Assembly: GCA_027451365.1 (NCBI GenBank)
Contig: DAIDJN010000049.1
Span: 1-33,014 of the forward strand
Reading direction: 5' to 3'
DNA from: Phycisphaerales bacterium
Lineage (GTDB): Bacteria; Planctomycetota; Phycisphaerae; WQYP01
Length of the DNA stretch: 33,014 bases
Part shown: piece by piece, positions 28,781 to 33,014 of the stretch
Numbering within the stretch: the first letter of the stretch is position 1
How the letters are laid out: every line of letters starts with the position of its first letter
Translations under genes and position numbers: made by a program
Notes under the pieces: model-generated
Databases searched by the model: none
Told to the model about the DNA's origin: nothing
The model's input: the letters and a program-made list of their open reading frames with translations, nothing else

Positions 28781-29068
28781 ATGAGCGGGCTTGCCCAACT
28801 TTTGTCTTTTCTGCTGGCCGCCATGGGGCTGACGGTTCTGGTTGTTTGGCCGCAGGGCGGCCCGGGTGCGTTTTTCCGGGAAAAGCTCCTGCGTAAATTG
28901 CTGCCGAAGTTCGCGCGAGGTTTGCTGGATTGTTACGTCTGTTTCGGGTTCTGGGCTGGATTGCTTTTGTCCGTTCCGTGGTGGTTTATGTATCGCCAGC
29001 CCTGGGTGTGGTTCGGCTGCCTGATGGTGCCTGCGGTGTTCTGGCTGGTTATGGGGAAGTGGAAATAG
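28781..29068 (+). CDS. Small membrane protein, DUF1360-like
   Basis: 95 aa with about 3 TM segments and the motif LLDCYVCFGFW (C-x-x-C-x-G-x-W). Confidence 0.65.
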   Translation: MSGLAQLLSFLLAAMGLTVLVVWPQGGPGAFFREKLLRKLLPKFARGLLDCYVCFGFWAGLLLSVPWWFMYRQPWVWFGCLMVPAVFWLVMGKWK

Positions 29069-29774
29069 GCCTGCGCAGCGGTTGGCGGAGCCTTCGCGAC
29101 TGGTTGCGCATTTCCTTAACCGGATGAAACCAGGTCGGGGCGGAGGTATCGCGGTGGACGGTGGGTGGCCAATGCAGAGTTCGCAGTGCTCCAGGTATGA
29201 CCATAGGCTTAAAGCCCAAATAATTGGCCAAGGTGCCGGCGCGGAATTCGCACCAGGCGTTTGGCATACGCCTGGTTTGGGCCACACGGCCGAGTGCCGC
29301 GTGGGACCAAAGTATTCCGGCCAGAGGTCTAAGACCCATTCCGAAATCCCACAGCCCATCATGCGTCTCGCCATGCCATCGGGCCGGCCACCAATCCGGT
29401 TCGATTTTAATATCCACGATGTCGGCGGCCGCAACGTCGGCGTGCCAGGCGTCGCGATAGAAGTTTTGCGCAGAGCAATTGGGATGGATATCGTATTCAA
29501 AAAAGATGTATCGCCGGGCGCTGGGGCGATTGGGGTTCAGGAACCAGCGGTAATATATTTTATCGCATTCCGAGTAAGGGTCGGCGATGGGCCAGCCGTA
29601 ATCAGAGCTAAAACCCGCCACGTCCACGGTTCCTGGTATGGCGGAGTGATTCATCTGGTATGCAATCGGAATGACCAGATCACGCGGGTGAAGCCGGACG
29701 AGGCGCCGGAAATGGTCCATGGTCGCGGCTTTCGGCTGGCCGGCATGTAGGAACAGTATTGCCAACTCATCCAT
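29049..29774 (-). CDS. Putative GT-A fold glycosyltransferase-like protein
   Basis: YIFFEYD (DxD-like), WCE..GTLA and terminal WFHPVK; follows the glf fusion by 21 nt with a GGAG RBS. Confidence 0.6.
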   Translation of the reverse strand: MDELAILFLHAGQPKAATMDHFRRLVRLHPRDLVIPIAYQMNHSAIPGTVDVAGFSSDYGWPIADPYSECDKIYYRWFLNPNRPSARRYIFFEYDIHPNCSAQNFYRDAWHADVAAADIVDIKIEPDWWPARWHGETHDGLWDFGMGLRPLAGILWSHAALGRVAQTRRMPNAWCEFRAGTLANYLGFKPMVIPGALRTLHWPPTVHRDTSAPTWFHPVKEMRNQSRRLRQPLRRPISTSP

Positions 29775-29795
29775 CGCTTGTACTCCCGGATAATT

Positions 29796-32060
29796 TCAGC
29801 GTTCAGTGGTATGGGCCAAAGGTGCCACAGGTTCGGGCTTGTTGTTCCGGTTCATGCTGCGTTCGGCCCTTTCTGGGCAGAATATAATTTGCCAGAAGAA
29901 TTCAAACAGGAATCCGATGTGGAGGTTGTCGAATCGCCTGCCACAGAGCCGAATTTCCGGCGCCAGGGAGATTTCGTAGAGTTTCTGGTAATAGCTCCTT
30001 GGATGCCGCCGAATGAGGCTGCGGCTGACGGCGAATTGCGCACCCCAGGTGAAACTGAACCTCTGAATATCCGTCCGCCGCTCCAGCAGCGTCAGGAACT
30101 CGGCTTTGACGGCTCCATCGACCGTCTGGTCGGGCCAGCCCCAGTTGACCAATTGGGCCATACTGTGGTGCATATTCGGCGTGAATTTAAATTCTTCTTC
30201 TGAGGACGCAAAATCCTCAATGGGCAACAGCCGATGGAAGAACGGGTCGCCTTGTACAAAGAGGGTCTTTTCCGCCAGGGAGTCGTAGCGGCTCACGATA
30301 TGGTGGAGGTAGGTGCCATATTCGCGACCGATGTTGGGCAGCGGGATAAATCGCTGGTCGTCGGGGTCTTTGCAATAGATGGTGGCATTATTCGGGAAGC
30401 ATTGGGCCCAGGCGACATCTTCCTTGTATTTGGCGACGACAATTTCAAATTTTTCGCGGGCATTGGGCACCTTCCGTTGCGGCGTCAGGCGGGCCTGGCC
30501 GCGCCAGGAGGCGTCGCTGCGGCCGGGTGATTGGCGGAGGCGGACCACCTGACGGCGGAATCTTTGTACGGATAATGCGCCGAAATTAGCGGTTACAAAA
30601 TCTTCTTCGGACCGGTTCCACGTAATTCCTCCGCAGAGGATTGTGCCGGGAAGCCTCGCCAATGGGGTCCAACTTCGCGTATTCAGGTTTGCGTGATCGG
30701 TGAAAATCCGTCCATCGGCGTGCAGGATGACGTTATTTGCCAACCGGCGGCCATCCGGGGTGACGAGGCAAAAGTTGGAACAACCGGGGAATTCCGAGGG
30801 GGCGCTGTTGGCCTTCGGGGCGGTCAGGATGGGACTGTTCGGGTACACGGTCTGTTCTCCTTGCCAATGGTTTTGGTTGGGGCTTGTATCGGATCGCCAA
30901 CGCATGGGTGTCAGGTCGGCGCGGGCGTTGGCTGGGATGCTTGTGTGCATTTCCAATTCGCCCTGGGCCTTAGCCAGTGCCGACCCGATGACCTGGTGCA
31001 TGTCATAATATTTGTAATCGCCAAGGCGGCCGCCGAATATGACGTTGGCGGGCGCTATACGCCGGTATTCAGCCAGGCGTGCCTCGTTGGCGGCGGAATT
31101 GATGGGGTAATAGGGTTCGGCGTTGGTTGACCAGGCCTGCGGGTATTCGCGGGTGATGATGGTATGGCCACCCTGTCGTGACGTGATGGGCTGAAAATGT
31201 TTGAATTCGGTGATGCGGGTGAACGGGACGCTTGCATCACAATAATTGACAATGGGTCCGCCCTGGAAATCTTCAATCGGCAGGTCGGCGGTTTCGAAAC
31301 GCAGGCTTCGCCAATCCAACGGCCCATGGCGGTAATCAAAATAGCGGTCAATCATGCCGGTGTAGACAATTTTGGCAGCGCAACCTTCCAATGCCCGGCG
31401 GTCCGCGAAAAAATCAGTGTCGAGTCGCAGGTCGATGCCGTCCAGCAGTTTTTCAAAAATTGGGGTGTATCCGCCGATTGGGATGCCTTGGAATGTGTCT
31501 TCAAAATAATCGTCATTGAAATTTAACCGAATGGGTAATCGTTTGAGAATGGATGCCGGTAATTCGCATGGGTCTTTGCCCCATTGCTTGGTGGTGTAGC
31601 CACGGATGAACAGTTCGTAAAGCTGCCGGCCGATCTGGGAAAGTGCCCATTCCTCAAGGTTGGCCGGTTCGGGAATGTTCTGCCGCACGGAATCTAATTT
31701 GTCGCGTGCTTGCTGCGGCGTGTTGACACCCCATAGGTGGTGAAGCGTATATAGGTTTATGGGCAGGGAATAAAGGCCGCCTTCGCCATTGGGGCCGCAA
31801 CGGGCCTTGACCTTGTGGCGATAGGGGTAAAAGTCCGCGAATTGTTGGATGTAATTCCAGATACGTTGGCTGTTGGTGTGGAAGATATGCGGGCCGTAAC
31901 GGTGGACATCAATTCCGCCGAGGGTTTGGGTGAAGCAGTTTCCGCCGATATGGGTGCGTTTATCAATGACCAGGCATTTGCGGCCGGCATCGGTCAGTTG
32001 GCGGGCGAATACAGCGCCGAAGAAGCCTGTTCCCACGATGAGGTAATCGTATTGCGGCAT
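29796..32060 (-). CDS. glf: UDP-galactopyranose mutase fused to a linker and a C-terminal DUF3431-like domain (754 aa)
   Basis: Residues 1-370: IVGTGFFG, HIGGNC, H.YGPHIFHT, YT.KQW, EPYYP, GRLGDYKYYDMHQ. C-terminus: IVVAKY.ED..W, LPNIGRE..TYL.HI..RYD.LA..T.F.QG.P..H, GAQFAVSR..I..HP...Y. GGAG RBS before ATG 32060. Confidence 0.88.
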   Translation of the reverse strand: MPQYDYLIVGTGFFGAVFARQLTDAGRKCLVIDKRTHIGGNCFTQTLGGIDVHRYGPHIFHTNSQRIWNYIQQFADFYPYRHKVKARCGPNGEGGLYSLPINLYTLHHLWGVNTPQQARDKLDSVRQNIPEPANLEEWALSQIGRQLYELFIRGYTTKQWGKDPCELPASILKRLPIRLNFNDDYFEDTFQGIPIGGYTPIFEKLLDGIDLRLDTDFFADRRALEGCAAKIVYTGMIDRYFDYRHGPLDWRSLRFETADLPIEDFQGGPIVNYCDASVPFTRITEFKHFQPITSRQGGHTIITREYPQAWSTNAEPYYPINSAANEARLAEYRRIAPANVIFGGRLGDYKYYDMHQVIGSALAKAQGELEMHTSIPANARADLTPMRWRSDTSPNQNHWQGEQTVYPNSPILTAPKANSAPSEFPGCSNFCLVTPDGRRLANNVILHADGRIFTDHANLNTRSWTPLARLPGTILCGGITWNRSEEDFVTANFGALSVQRFRRQVVRLRQSPGRSDASWRGQARLTPQRKVPNAREKFEIVVAKYKEDVAWAQCFPNNATIYCKDPDDQRFIPLPNIGREYGTYLHHIVSRYDSLAEKTLFVQGDPFFHRLLPIEDFASSEEEFKFTPNMHHSMAQLVNWGWPDQTVDGAVKAEFLTLLERRTDIQRFSFTWGAQFAVSRSLIRRHPRSYYQKLYEISLAPEIRLCGRRFDNLHIGFLFEFFWQIIFCPERAERSMNRNNKPEPVAPLAHTTER

Positions 32061-32264
32061 GGGATTCTCCGGCCAGGGGTCCGAGCGTTGGGTTATCTGA
32101 TGCTTTTTTTGCGACAGCAGGGAATGTAACTTGGCCGCGTTGGAAAAGCCAGCGCGCGGTGCAGGACGCGGCGGATTTGGGTCTGCCAATTTTCCTGGCG
32201 GCGGCCGAAACACTCGCATTGAGGCGTAAGCTCGGTGCCGGAATACTGTCGCGAATGGCCCAAA

Positions 32265-32287
32265 GCGGCTGAGGACAGCCGCGCTCC
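32265..32287 (-). repeat. GGAG-type REP-like palindrome
   Basis: Minus strand reads GGAG-C-GCGGCTG-TCCT-CAGCCGC: a tetranucleotide foot plus a 7-bp perfect stem. Confidence 0.45.
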
Positions 32288-32340
32288 CAGGACAATCCTA
32301 GACCCGCCAGAAAAATAGCAGCCCGGCGGATTCTGTTGCA

Positions 32341-32393
32341 AAATAATATTTTTCCTTTTTTTTCTTGACAGGATTTTTGCGCGCTGGTAAATT
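32341..32393 (+). promoter_or_regulatory. Near-consensus sigma70 promoter with extended -10 and an AT-rich UP-like element
   Basis: TTGACA (32365-32370), 17-nt spacer, TG-n-TAAATT (32385-32393), preceded by an A/T tract at 32341-32363. Confidence 0.7.
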
Positions 32394-33014
32394 TCGACTC
32401 AAGGTTAATGACAGAGGAAAAATCGTCGGTGTTTCGCGGGGGCGTTTCAAGCCCGTTGTTGGCGAGAAGGGCTATCTGAACGGTCCACTCTTTTTCCGCT
32501 GCCGTTATCTGCAAGGGTGGTAGCAATGGCGATGAAGCTGCACAACGCATCGGGTGGCGCCTCAGATCGCGCATCGGGTCGCGACGACCACGCGACGGCA
32601 ACCAGCTTGACACGGGAAGCCATTCCGTGCCCGGCTGATTATGCGCAAATCGGGGGGGGGGGGCGCAATGCTGAGCCGCATCAACGCGTCGTTCAGAGCG
32701 CCTTCTGCCGGGGCATTTCCAGCCATGGCGGCGTTATCCGCTTCCGCTGATTTGCAGCCGGCGCGGGCCGGCTGGGGCCTTGGGCGCGGTCCAGTTCAAC
32801 CTCGGACAACTCAACAAAATACAGGTAATGATCGTGAGAGTGAATCTGTCGGGGCTCCGACAGGTGCCCGTGCGGCGCTGCTGCGCGGGCGGGAATCCGT
32901 TGCGCGTGAGGCGCTGGCGAACCAGCGGAGAGACTGCTGCCCGGGCAGGCGGCTTTCGGGGTGAGGCGACGGGCGGCCGTCGTCCGAAAATAAATCGGAC
33001 GCGGCGAGTGCAAT

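Noticed and set aside
32428..32450. GGGGGCG start resembling the tmRNA 5' end
   Set aside because: No GGxTTCGAC follows, and there is no tRNA-like 3' end (TTCGA...CCACCA) in the window.
32516..32524. GGTGGTAGC resembling an ops/JUMPstart element
   Set aside because: Short, mismatched to GGCGGTAG, and no downstream operon is visible to support it.
32693..33013. 106-aa minus-strand ORF and overlapping plus-strand ORFs at the right edge
   Set aside because: Low-complexity Pro/Ala/Arg-rich translations without RBS or family motifs; not supportable as CDS.
1..33014. CRISPR array, rRNA, intact integrase/transposase, known defence genes
   Set aside because: No regularly spaced repeats or diagnostic motifs were seen on reading the window.

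Overview
A bacterial chromosomal segment, most likely from Planctomycetota (Phycisphaerae-like). This is an inference from the ClpP N-terminus type and several lineage-typical hypothetical proteins. Most of the window is housekeeping: hpt, tRNA-Arg(ACG), CitZ-type citrate synthase, BshB1-like deacetylase, sodA, glyA, Xaa-Pro peptidase, accB-accC, YraN, fba, bioA-bioD, pcm, HtrA, clpP, DUF1802 and RidA. Three parts stand out. (1) A small accessory patch at about 1050-3500, off the 3' end of tRNA-Arg, carries a probable orphan IS110 non-coding left end (bridge-RNA-like), an internally deleted IS66 remnant and a Tat-exported clan GH-A hydrolase. (2) A three-gene module at 6607-11563 encodes an intact PilT/PilU ATPase, a membrane-anchored PilB/GspE homologue with all catalytic motifs degenerate, and a CvpA-like protein with a large extracytoplasmic domain. 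(3) An accessory glycosylation block at 28781-32060 includes a UDP-galactopyranose mutase fused to a DUF3431-like domain. It is followed by a near-consensus sigma70 promoter that fires into more than 600 nt of hairpin-rich DNA with no credible ORF. No CRISPR array, rRNA or intact transposase/integrase was seen. All calls come from motif recognition by eye; no searches were run.
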